From IMG/VR virus record IMGVR_UViG_3300025000_000107, positions 1 to 61,011 of that record: a stretch of 61,011 nucleotides of DNA; one strand, given 5' to 3'. Of the stretch, positions 47,144 through 55,918 are shown one piece after another (the first letter of the stretch is position 1; each line of letters opens with the position of its first letter). The stretch is from a virus (Duplodnaviria; Caudoviricetes). The notes under the pieces are model-generated. The model was not told the origin of the DNA and did not search any database. It saw nothing but the letters and a program-made list of their open reading frames with translations. The position numbers and the translations under genes are program-made.

Positions 47144-48766
47144 TTAAAACTCGTCATCACAAAACTCCTCTTCAAGTTTACCTGACTCTCTGTTGTACCT
47201 CAATGGGATGTGACCAGTGTTACCACCTAATCTATCCTTGATGATAGATAACTTACACTTGTTCCTATCCTCTATAGACTCAGCTAACTGATCCCTACTC
47301 AGACCCCATAGTGCAGTAGAATACTTCCACTGTGCCCTACTACCAGAGAACTGTGATCCATATACCTCACCACCAGCACCATGATCCTTACCACCTGAAG
47401 GGTTATTAAGATGGTTAGCATGGAAGAATGTCAGTCCTTGCTCAACTCGAAACCTTCGCATATCACGCATCACCTTACCGAGTTCTTGATTACCTTCAGA
47501 TGCTGAGAGGTGCTCAACCAATGCAGATAAAGGATCAATAAAGAATATCCTGATACCCTTACTGGCGAAGTATCTGATATTATCCTTAACCTCTTCCCAA
47601 TCTTCAGTGAGTCCATCATAGAACTGCACCTTCCCATCGAGCAGCTCACCTATCCTACGTGCTTCATCTATGTCATACACACAGTCAGGTTTGTGGATAG
47701 GCTTGTTCATGATACCACCTATCAGGTGCTTCAATGCACCCTTAGCCTTCTCCTCGATATCAAAGACTGCAATGTTCTTATTGTGTACGAACATCAAGTG
47801 TTGTTGTATCTGCCTTACGAGGGTTGACTTGCCACCACCAGGAGCACCACCTATACCTATGATCTCCCCTTCATCTTCCTTAAGTCCATACGTGAGTTTC
47901 GTGAGTCTCTCAAAGGGATAAGACAAACCCCACGGAACAGGCTTAATAGTATCGTCCAGAATATCACATACAGCAACAATATTTGAAGGACGGTACTCAC
48001 GGGCGTTGAAGTAAGCATTGATGAACTCCTTCTGCTTTCCCTTTACCAGCATATCGCTGGAGTCTTTCTCTGAGAGGACTAAGACTCTAGCCTTCTCTCC
48101 AATGACGGGTGCATACTTAGCTACCGCTGCTCTACCAGCAGCATCCATGTCAGTAGCGATGATCACTTCCTCGAAGCCCTTCAGGAACTCGAGGTTCTCT
48201 GTGACTGTAGCCAATGAGGACTCCTCTCCTCTTGGCAACGATACTACCGCTGGCTCTACCTCTGGATACCTAGTCTTCAGCATCTCATAGGCAGCACACA
48301 TATCCTCCTCACCACCTACAATCAGCAGCTTCTTTGCAGTACGGGGGCAGCAGAACTGCCCACTATAATCCGGAACCTTCCCCTTCTGTTCTCCTATACT
48401 CGAGAACTTTTTAGGCAAGGATCTTTTCTTATACCCAATGAACTTACCCTGATGTGTCTCAGGATAATAGATCGCTACTGGTACACCTGTAGCTTCTGAT
48501 AACTCAGTCCTGATCTTGAAGTGTTTGTGTGTCTCAGCACTGACAAGCCTTTCAGGGTTACCATAAAACGGGAGGCTCTTTACTTCATCTATCTCCATCT
48601 CCCCTCCATTAGTAGGTGGTTTACATAACTCTCCGTCCCTTTCATAATAAGGAGGATGATAAGGTTTCAGACATGCTCGTGTTACACCATCCTTCATCAA
48701 CCATAAGTGATCTTTAGTTTTATCTCTACCAAGAGAAAAACATATAGGGCATTGGAGATTACTCAT
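47144..48766 (-). CDS. primase-helicase (T7 gp4-like)
   Basis: Zn finger CPIC, TOPRIM GGEEDM and DMD, Walker A GAPGGGKS, FFIDPL, KDR-x-GG. Confidence 0.95.
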   Translation of the reverse strand: MSNLQCPICFSLGRDKTKDHLWLMKDGVTRACLKPYHPPYYERDGELCKPPTNGGEMEIDEVKSLPFYGNPERLVSAETHKHFKIRTELSEATGVPVAIYYPETHQGKFIGYKKRSLPKKFSSIGEQKGKVPDYSGQFCCPRTAKKLLIVGGEEDMCAAYEMLKTRYPEVEPAVVSLPRGEESSLATVTENLEFLKGFEEVIIATDMDAAGRAAVAKYAPVIGEKARVLVLSEKDSSDMLVKGKQKEFINAYFNAREYRPSNIVAVCDILDDTIKPVPWGLSYPFERLTKLTYGLKEDEGEIIGIGGAPGGGKSTLVRQIQQHLMFVHNKNIAVFDIEEKAKGALKHLIGGIMNKPIHKPDCVYDIDEARRIGELLDGKVQFYDGLTEDWEEVKDNIRYFASKGIRIFFIDPLSALVEHLSASEGNQELGKVMRDMRRFRVEQGLTFFHANHLNNPSGGKDHGAGGEVYGSQFSGSRAQWKYSTALWGLSRDQLAESIEDRNKCKLSIIKDRLGGNTGHIPLRYNRESGKLEEEFCDDEF

Positions 48767-49394
48767 ATGATTCCAAATACTTAGCAGCCTTAATGCAAGT
48801 ATCTTTAGAGTCTTTTAAGAATCCTATACCAGAGTTACAAGAATTGCATAACAACCCTCGGGCTTTTCCAGTATCATGGTCATGATCTATGGAGAACATC
48901 TCAATAAAATCTATACCACATATAGCACATTTTCCAACTTGAGAAATTATCATATCCTCTAACTCCTGCTCAGTTATATTGAAGACCTTAAGTCTTCGTC
49001 TGAAGTTAGTCTCGTTATAGCCTTCTGTACCCTTATAAGATTCTCTATTTCTTATTATCCTATCTGCATTCACCTTAACATAGGTAGCATCGTACTCTCT
49101 TTTCCATTCTACATAACCAGGATCTGACCTCTTCCAAAGTGAGTGACATTTCTTAGAACAAAACTTAGTCCTTTTAGGACCCCTCTTAGCTTGTACAATA
49201 ACCTCTCCACATATACAACATATCCCAGTTGTAGCTGTCTTGCATAGATCAACACACTCCTCTCCAGCTCTTCTAGCAAACCCAGCCTCTTCCTTGTCCT
49301 TATAAGACCCTAGGTTCACACAACCAAGACTAGATCTTATAGACGCTTTCCATCTTTTCCTTGCCTTATTCCAATGAACACCTTTCATAATCAT
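48759..49394 (-). CDS. AP2-domain + endonuclease VII HNH homing endonuclease
   Basis: GVHWNKARKRWKASI...LGSYKDKEEA (AP2); CAICG...IDHDHDTGKARGLLCNSCN; CACTATATAG at 49431-49440. Confidence 0.85.
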   Translation of the reverse strand: MIMKGVHWNKARKRWKASIRSSLGCVNLGSYKDKEEAGFARRAGEECVDLCKTATTGICCICGEVIVQAKRGPKRTKFCSKKCHSLWKRSDPGYVEWKREYDATYVKVNADRIIRNRESYKGTEGYNETNFRRRLKVFNITEQELEDMIISQVGKCAICGIDFIEMFSIDHDHDTGKARGLLCNSCNSGIGFLKDSKDTCIKAAKYLESYE

Positions 49395-49507
49395 CCCTCC
49401 AGTTGAATTAAAATATAAACCCTTTAAGGTCTATATAGTGATCACGTTACTGAAGTGATAATTATAGGGATCAGTTACACATAAACTCCCCACACTCAGG
49501 GCAAGCT

Positions 49508-49642
49508 TTATTCATACCTCCTCTTCACCTTTAACCTGATAGAGCAATTAAGACCATAATATATAGTAGATATCTTTCTGTTATTTGTTGGGAACCACCA
49601 ATTAGAACCCGGCTTATTATGTAGGATATAGAAGCACCTCAT
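49508..49642 (-). CDS. microprotein family member D1 (44 aa)
   Basis: MRCFYILHNKPGSNWWFPTNNRKI...RLKVKRRYE. Confidence 0.65.
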   Translation of the reverse strand: MRCFYILHNKPGSNWWFPTNNRKISTIYYGLNCSIRLKVKRRYE

Positions 49643-49785
49643 AGTTTCCTCTTAATCCTTAAGATAATATACAAACTCTGCTCTCCTTCTATAACCTCCT
49701 CCTCTATCATAACCCTTCTTTGGTTACACTCCCACCACCTAGTAGGGTCTGATGCACACCATAAGATAACCCAAAGGTTTGTCAT
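49639..49785 (-). CDS. microprotein family member D2 (48 aa)
   Basis: MTNLWVILWCASDPTRWWECNQRRV...LYIILRIKRKL. Confidence 0.65.
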   Translation of the reverse strand: MTNLWVILWCASDPTRWWECNQRRVMIEEEVIEGEQSLYIILRIKRKL

Positions 49786-49931
49786 ACCCTTCTCTTTATA
49801 TGTAGTATGATGTATATCGGAACAGAGTATCCTAGTGGATAAGGCCTCTCCTTGTATGCCCTAAGACTTCTATTAAAACTAGGATCCCAATACGTGGGTT
49901 CCTCCTTTGAGTATAGTATCAGGTATCTCAC
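49782..49931 (-). CDS. microprotein family member D3 (49 aa)
   Basis: MRYLILYSKEEPTYWDPSFNRSL...IYIILHIKRRV. Confidence 0.65.
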   Translation of the reverse strand: MRYLILYSKEEPTYWDPSFNRSLRAYKERPYPLGYSVPIYIILHIKRRV

Positions 49932-50074
49932 AAAACCCTCCTAACCATTAGGTATATATAGAGGAACTTGTCCGTATCAGTATGAGTGCATGCTTTATCA
50001 GCACACAACCTCCTCTGATTCCCCTCATACCAGAAGCTAGCATCATCTGTACAATGAAGTATTACGTACACCAT
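49928..50074 (-). CDS. microprotein family member D4 (48 aa)
   Basis: MVYVILHCTDDASFWYEGNQRRL...LYIYLMVRRVL. Confidence 0.65.
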   Translation of the reverse strand: MVYVILHCTDDASFWYEGNQRRLCADKACTHTDTDKFLYIYLMVRRVL

Positions 50075-50252
50075 ATATCACCCTCTTCACTTTCAGTCTT
50101 TTCATATCCCTAACACCACCTCTCATACTCCACGTAAATGAGATAGCTGTGTCATGGTGTTGATCACCATCCCTTATCCTGTAGAACGACCCAACCTTAT
50201 CGTTTAACTCAGGACACTCAGGTCGTATAGAGGTTCTGATAAAGAATACCAT
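50043..50252 (-). CDS. microprotein family member D5 (69 aa)
   Basis: MVFFIR...RLKVKRVI plus short extension; TAATG-coupled to GATase. Confidence 0.6.
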   Translation of the reverse strand: MVFFIRTSIRPECPELNDKVGSFYRIRDGDQHHDTAISFTWSMRGGVRDMKRLKVKRVIYGVRNTSLYR

Positions 50253-51190
50253 TAGTTATACATCCCTTGATAGTCCTGCCACGCTTCCTCCTGTTCTGCT
50301 ATGGCAGCTACTTTCTTAGCAGCTATAGCTTTCTCTTTGTTCAACTGGATGTTAGCTTCGGTAAGGTACTTGGCCATGGTTGTCTTGTTCTTATTGCTTA
50401 CAGCACCAGCCTTCTCAAGAGACTTCTTACACTCTTCACAAACCAACATGATAGGTGCATCCTTATCCTCATAGGCATGCATGTCCTTGATCTGAAAGGG
50501 TTGGTTGCAATACTCGCAGTCCTCCCTAGTGAAAGCATTGATAGACCATGCTGCTGTGTTGACTGTTGAATTCGGAAGGGTCCTGGGCTGTGCATTGTAG
50601 TGACCCTGATATCCACCGTACTTAGTGGTGTATACAGGACGTTCCTTGTAGGAGTCATTGCTCATCCAGATACCTTCATGCCAGTGACCCTTCTTCTCGT
50701 TGAAGATGAATCCCTCACCACTGATGCTCAAGACTGCCAGCTTAGATGCACCGATGAATTCCTCTATCAGCATAGCGATTGCAGGATTATACAACCACCC
50801 TTCAGGCATCTCACGGAGGACCTCTTCATTAAACATTCTTGTATCAGACTTATCAGCGTGGCGAGATACACCACCGATGATTCCATTGTGAATGAACACA
50901 GTGTCCTCGTCTATCATAAATGGGTGGCAGTTGGCTATATCTTTCTGACCATGCGTCTTGATCCTGAAGTGTACAAGGAATGCAGAGTCAGGGGCTATAC
51001 GAGTTGCCCTCTCATACTGCTTATAGAATGGTGCGAACTCCATACTCTTGTACATCTTAATACGTTTGACTCCCAGATGGTCCGTGTTAATGTACGCAAA
51101 GCCAGCTCCATCCGGGTTGCTATTGAAGCAAGTTCTGAGGGTTGCTTCAGTGAGTACTCTTCCTGCTGGTTTGAATATCGCAATACACAT
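50252..51190 (-). CDS. class II (Ntn) glutamine amidotransferase
   Basis: N-terminal MC, NPDGAG, HFRIKTHG, NCHPF, HNGII, SDT. Confidence 0.9.
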   Translation of the reverse strand: MCIAIFKPAGRVLTEATLRTCFNSNPDGAGFAYINTDHLGVKRIKMYKSMEFAPFYKQYERATRIAPDSAFLVHFRIKTHGQKDIANCHPFMIDEDTVFIHNGIIGGVSRHADKSDTRMFNEEVLREMPEGWLYNPAIAMLIEEFIGASKLAVLSISGEGFIFNEKKGHWHEGIWMSNDSYKERPVYTTKYGGYQGHYNAQPRTLPNSTVNTAAWSINAFTREDCEYCNQPFQIKDMHAYEDKDAPIMLVCEECKKSLEKAGAVSNKNKTTMAKYLTEANIQLNKEKAIAAKKVAAIAEQEEAWQDYQGMYN

Positions 51191-51191
51191 A

Positions 51192-51359
51192 TTATAGTTT
51201 CCTTTTTATTGTAAGAATTATATAGAAGTTACTGGTACTCTTTCCCGGTAAGCATGTGGGGCAGCAGAATACAAACCAACTAGGCCTATTGTCATAGCAC
51301 CTGAAGTACATGCTGGTATGCTCTTCAACCTTTGCCCCACAATTATGGCATTTAATCAC
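51192..51359 (-). CDS. microprotein family member E with Zn finger (55 aa)
   Basis: Hand-translated MIKCHNCG...CCPTC...FYIILTIKRKL. Confidence 0.55.
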   Translation of the reverse strand: MIKCHNCGAKVEEHTSMYFRCYDNRPSWFVFCCPTCLPGKSTSNFYIILTIKRKL

Positions 51360-53074
51360 TCAACAAATTTAGCCACAAGTACAGACCCGTTCGGGTAAGT
51401 CTTGCTGTTGTGTGCCATAAACTCCCGGAACTTATCGAGATCTTTCGAGTGTGAGATAGGTGCCTCACGTTCGAAGGAGATCAGTGCATGAAGGAACTCC
51501 ACCTTGCTTCTCAGTTCGAAGTCAGTAACACAACCAGCAAACAGTCGGAACTCTACTGTTGCTTTATTTGTCAGGTTAACCATAGCCCGACGCTCAGTGT
51601 TGCCTGACTTACTATCCTTCAGGTGCCTTGAGGGTTTAGTCTTCAGCCCCGCACAGTAACCATTGAATGAACGACCAGCTACATAGGTGGTGAAGCTCGG
51701 ACAGCTATGAAGGAAGTTGATCACCTTATACAGATGAACTTCCGACTGGAAACCATCACGACCTACATGGATGTGAAGACCACAGCTGGAATCCTTCTTG
51801 AGTTTACCAGGAAGGAGAGGTCCGAGGTCAAGCTGATGGAAGTAGAGGAGAGACATGGGCTGAGATACAACCTCATACCCATAGCCATCAATACTGCCAT
51901 CACTCTTAGCTACCAGTACCGTAGGATCGTAGCTCTTATACAGGTTCTTCAACCCATTGTTACGGTTGCCATCATCCCTACCAAAGGTACACTCATTCTC
52001 AAAGCCAAAGAACACATTACCACGCTTGATCTCTTTGTCCTTGATATAGTTGTAGAAGATCTTCGGCTTGTGACTGTAGCTGTAGATACCCATACTATTA
52101 CATACCCTACAGTGACTCTCATGATCTCGGATCATACCACAAGAACACTTGTTGTTGATATAAACCCTCTTACATGTCTGACAATACTCTCCACTACCAG
52201 CAAACAGGGAGGAGCAGTTAGCACACTCCTTCTTGTCAGCACAACTGGGGCATACACAGTGGACCTTGGACGCACCCTTAACGAACGTCTTCATGGAGGA
52301 CTTGTAGTTGTTACCACAAGCATCACACTCCATTACGTTCTTGTTTTTACAAGACTGACACATGTACTCTGAGTGATTGTCACCATTCTCATCCATGAAT
52401 ACTACAGACTTGATGTTCGGTTCCTTCTTGTGGCACACTCCGCACATCTTGAAACCGTTCCAACACTTTTCACAATACTTTTTAGGATGCTCCTGCCCTT
52501 CAGTGCAAGAGTATTTCTTACCGCAATGGACACACTCCTCAATCTCATACAGTTTGAAGTGTCGCTTCTTCTCCTCGAAGCACTCGGAGCACACCTGATT
52601 ACCGTACTTACGGAAGATGCCAGCTCTACGCATACCCTCAAGGCTGGTGTTCAGTACGATGGTGTCCTTCCTCTTATAGGTGTTGCAGCACCCACACATC
52701 TTATACTTCGTGGAGATGCACGAGGTGCATATCATCTCACCGTTGATATCCCTGAGTGCAGCTTCGGGTTTCTGCTGACCACAACACTCGCAGGTTGCAA
52801 ATGAGGCCATACATTCACGGCAGTAGTGCTCACCATTACCTGTATGAGTAGTCTCGGATGCAAGCACAGCTTTCTGACAACCAGAGCATACCTTCAGCAG
52901 GGAGTAACATCGTTCACAGTAGGGACCGATCTCGATATCAGGGTAGTCTTCATTGAACAGGACTACCCGAAAGTTAGGATCGGTGATTTCAGTACCACAG
53001 TTGAGGCAAGGACAAGGGGTAGCAGTAGGCATAATTTTGTTTTCCTTCAATAAATGATTTTTGTTTTTCCACAC
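51356..53074 (-). CDS. putative amidoligase (COOH-NH2 ligase) with long N-terminal CxxC array
   Basis: FFGFENE, KSDGSI...EVVSQP, SCGLHIHV, TVEFRLF; likely start at MPTATP. Confidence 0.85.
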   Translation of the reverse strand: MWKNKNHLLKENKIMPTATPCPCLNCGTEITDPNFRVVLFNEDYPDIEIGPYCERCYSLLKVCSGCQKAVLASETTHTGNGEHYCRECMASFATCECCGQQKPEAALRDINGEMICTSCISTKYKMCGCCNTYKRKDTIVLNTSLEGMRRAGIFRKYGNQVCSECFEEKKRHFKLYEIEECVHCGKKYSCTEGQEHPKKYCEKCWNGFKMCGVCHKKEPNIKSVVFMDENGDNHSEYMCQSCKNKNVMECDACGNNYKSSMKTFVKGASKVHCVCPSCADKKECANCSSLFAGSGEYCQTCKRVYINNKCSCGMIRDHESHCRVCNSMGIYSYSHKPKIFYNYIKDKEIKRGNVFFGFENECTFGRDDGNRNNGLKNLYKSYDPTVLVAKSDGSIDGYGYEVVSQPMSLLYFHQLDLGPLLPGKLKKDSSCGLHIHVGRDGFQSEVHLYKVINFLHSCPSFTTYVAGRSFNGYCAGLKTKPSRHLKDSKSGNTERRAMVNLTNKATVEFRLFAGCVTDFELRSKVEFLHALISFEREAPISHSKDLDKFREFMAHNSKTYPNGSVLVAKFVE

Positions 53075-53118
53075 ACTGTCCTCTCAACCACATGAGAGTA
53101 TGTTCCTAGTGTGTAGTG

Positions 53119-53346
53119 TTATAAAACTTTCTTTACTTTTAATCTTATAGACTGATCAAATCTTATACCCCAATCACCATCTCTATCTGAGTTGATGTCG
53201 AAGTAGTCTTCATACACTTGTGTTCGATCTGTAGGAATAATACTCCTAGTCAAATGATTCATATCATATACCCATGACCATACACCCCAATAGTCAGCAT
53301 CATCATCATCTCGGCAATAGTGATTCCCTATGAAAAATTCCATCAA
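53119..53346 (-). CDS. microprotein family member F (75 aa, ends LKVKKVL)
   Basis: MMEFFIG...TRSII...IRLKVKKVL. Confidence 0.6.
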   Translation of the reverse strand: MMEFFIGNHYCRDDDDADYWGVWSWVYDMNHLTRSIIPTDRTQVYEDYFDINSDRDGDWGIRFDQSIRLKVKKVL

Positions 53347-53528
53347 ATTATCCTGGCAAGTCTACCCCTATCGGTGACAGCATTAGAGGACTTGAGAAGA
53401 TCAACAGTCTCTCTATCTATCAGGTACAAAGAACCCTGTACTCCACCTACAGAGTCAGTACCCAACTTAGGAGCACCTTCAACTCTCCTCTCGGAGAACA
53501 CAACATAAGTACAATCCTTACAACCCAT
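53343..53528 (-). CDS. hypothetical protein
   Basis: Overlapping small ORF. Confidence 0.45.
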   Translation of the reverse strand: MGCKDCTYVVFSERRVEGAPKLGTDSVGGVQGSLYLIDRETVDLLKSSNAVTDRGRLARII

Positions 53529-53736
53529 TATAATCCCTCCTAATTTTGAATACCTTAAAGCGTCTCATATCATCTAGACGTTCTTCATGACAAGCTTTTC
53601 CTACCCCATCATCCTCCCATGAATAATACCCATAATGTTTTATTCCGCTATCCTCTACATTGATCATACAAAAACAGTTCCAGAAAGGCTTAGCCGTTGG
53701 GTATACAGGGGTGAAGATACCTATCTCCCACATCAA
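53518..53736 (-). CDS. small protein, possible divergent family member (VFKIRR)
   Basis: AGGAG RBS; FKVFKIRR near C-terminus. Confidence 0.5.
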   Translation of the reverse strand: MMWEIGIFTPVYPTAKPFWNCFCMINVEDSGIKHYGYYSWEDDGVGKACHEERLDDMRRFKVFKIRRDYNGL

Positions 53737-53806
53737 CTAATCTCCTACTATATAGTCCTGTAGAAGCGTAAATCTACAGTCCCATAATTCAACAAAAGGT
53801 ATCATA

Positions 53807-54283
53807 ATGAAAGTCCTCACTGAAGAACAGAAGTTAAATAACAAAGAGTACCAAAAAGCTTATCGTCTTGCAAATAAAGATAGGCTTAAAGAGTATGACC
53901 ACTTCAGATACCACCGAGATAAAGATGTCTACAATGGTAAGCGTAGACAACATAGAGCAGAAAACCCTGAATTATATGCTGAAGCTTATAAAGATAACAA
54001 AGATGTTAGAAATTACAGAACAGTTAAGTATAGAAGAAAGAATTCTTATGGAACAGATGAGCACACAATTCAGAAGATGATGGACGAGCAAAGAGGATGT
54101 TGTAAGATATGCGGAGACTCTTTAGTTCATCCAGGTTCTTTAAAATCCTTCTCAATAGATCATTGTCATACTACAGGATCTGTGAGAGGTTTACTTTGCT
54201 CTAGATGCAATCTAACATTAGGTGGAGTACACGACAGCGTGAATCTCCTTCAATCTATGATAGATTACCTTGAGGCGAGTTGA
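53807..54283 (+). CDS. endonuclease VII-family HNH homing endonuclease
   Basis: QRGCCKICG...IDHCHTTGSVRGLLCSRCN; TACTATATAG at 53746-53755; opposite to flanking genes. Confidence 0.85.
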   Translation: MKVLTEEQKLNNKEYQKAYRLANKDRLKEYDHFRYHRDKDVYNGKRRQHRAENPELYAEAYKDNKDVRNYRTVKYRRKNSYGTDEHTIQKMMDEQRGCCKICGDSLVHPGSLKSFSIDHCHTTGSVRGLLCSRCNLTLGGVHDSVNLLQSMIDYLEAS

Positions 54284-55053
54284 ATAATAGCGTTAGTGTA
54301 GGCTTCTAATGTCGCTCCTTCTAAACCTGGAGCGGTATTAGCCTCAAATATCTTAGGGCTATTAAGACTGAGGGCGATATCCAAAGCGGCGAACTGTAAA
54401 CCTAAAGCAGCTACAGCAGCTATAGCAGCGTCCCTTGCACTGTCAGGGATGGTGACTCCTTCACGGGCAAAGACCCATCCGTTCCCATGTGATCTCACAT
54501 CGTTGCTGTAGGTGATACCATCATCTGCCATACGTTCCTCACTCATCTTCTTCTTCTGAGCAAAGGAGATCATCTCCCCATTGAAGATGTGAAGACGGAC
54601 CTCACGACGACGAGGACATTTAGCCGTGTAAAGTGGGGCAGTTACGAGATCATCTACCCTGTTAGCCACCACGACACCTCTGCCCTGGCTTGATCTGGTA
54701 AGTGTCCGGCAGTACACAGTAATACCAGACTCCACCCAAGCTTTTGCTACATCAAGATCGGAAGTAAACCCAGGTATGTTGTCTGACATACCAGAATCCC
54801 TCAGTTTTTCGAATGTCTTCGTCTTGTCTGAGGCGATGATTACAGCAGTAGGGTCGTTCAACATGGTAAACTCTGGTCGAACAGCCTTCCGAGTGTGAGA
54901 CCCCCAGTTGAGAATGAGATGACTAGCTGAACCACGATAGGAGCTGTTGTCATACTTCATCCGCTTGACGTTGGCTCCACGAGCACGGAGAGTAGCAATT
55001 AGACTTGTGATAGAGTCACTCGGTCCATATGGGTTGATTCGAATTACTTTCAT
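54265..55053 (-). CDS. ATP-grasp ligase
   Basis: ILNWG, ASDK, SSQGRG, EVRLHI, RSHGNG, FAALD, IFEANTAPG. Confidence 0.85.
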   Translation of the reverse strand: MKVIRINPYGPSDSITSLIATLRARGANVKRMKYDNSSYRGSASHLILNWGSHTRKAVRPEFTMLNDPTAVIIASDKTKTFEKLRDSGMSDNIPGFTSDLDVAKAWVESGITVYCRTLTRSSQGRGVVVANRVDDLVTAPLYTAKCPRRREVRLHIFNGEMISFAQKKKMSEERMADDGITYSNDVRSHGNGWVFAREGVTIPDSARDAAIAAVAALGLQFAALDIALSLNSPKIFEANTAPGLEGATLEAYTNAIIQLASR

Positions 55054-55415
55054 TTAGCACCTCCAGTTGATTTTCATACCTACAGGTACAATCAGGCACC
55101 TATAGGTATGATCGTTGAATGTAGACCCCTTGTAGGGGCTAGAGTGGGCTATTACAACCTAATACCTCAGGTCACAATTGATCTTCTTCTTGTAGCTATA
55201 AATATCAAAAGCTTTTAGTTCCTTTTCACTAGCGGTATTAAATACTACCTCTCTGTCGTTCCACTTAGGGTGCTCTTCTAAAGTAACTTGTAAATCACGG
55301 ATAAGTTCTTTAAGCGTCATAAATGCTCCTACATTTGATTTTAATAAAAACTAATACCCACACAAGCACCTACACCCAATCGTTGAATGTAGGAGCCTTG
55401 TAGTCCCTTTAATAA

Positions 55416-55607
55416 CTAAATATCGTCCTTAGTCATCCCACAGAATGGACAGAACACTTCGAGATAATCCTTTTGGCAATAGTCACACTTCTTCCTCTTG
55501 GTAATATACTCACCATACAGCACCTCAGTGTACATCTCCCTCCCCAAAGAGGGGGTACTGCAAGGAGATGCAACAACTGTCGTATTAATATCGTTCATGA
55601 TTTTCAT
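55416..55607 (-). CDS. small zinc-ribbon protein
   Basis: CDYC and CPFCG; GGAG RBS. Confidence 0.5.
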   Translation of the reverse strand: MKIMNDINTTVVASPCSTPSLGREMYTEVLYGEYITKRKKCDYCQKDYLEVFCPFCGMTKDDI

Positions 55608-55644
55608 TTATTCATCTCCTTTTTATGAACTCATACAGGTGATG

Positions 55645-55775
55645 TTAGTACCTACAGTTCTATAGGTTCTATAGGTTCTATAGTATTTATCTACGATAAA
55701 TAATGAAACTAAATGACCTACAGCACCTATAGGATCTATTATCACTGTAAGAATCTAATAGCACCTAATAGTACC
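55645..55775. repeat. degenerate ~9-bp short-repeat tract
   Basis: GTTCTATAG x3 tandem, plus cacctatag, cacctaatag, gacctacag. Confidence 0.55.
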
Positions 55776-55918
55776 TTCCCGCCTAAAGGCTATGTAGTGT
55801 ACAAGACTCTGATCTCTAATAATTAAACAATATTAGAAAGATAGTTAACTTATATTAGATCAGTTTCTTATCCACTATATAGACTATAAGTTGTAGAAAA
55901 TATTAATATCAATTAAAT

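Noticed and set aside
49508-50252. CRISPR-like or integron cassette array
   Set aside because: There are no identical nucleotide repeats, attC-like sites, cas genes or integrase; conservation is at the protein level.
50600-52804. Long + strand ORFs antisense to GATase and amidoligase (also 25720-26364 and 23385-23927 on -)
   Set aside because: These are shadow frames of well-supported genes with no recognisable motifs.
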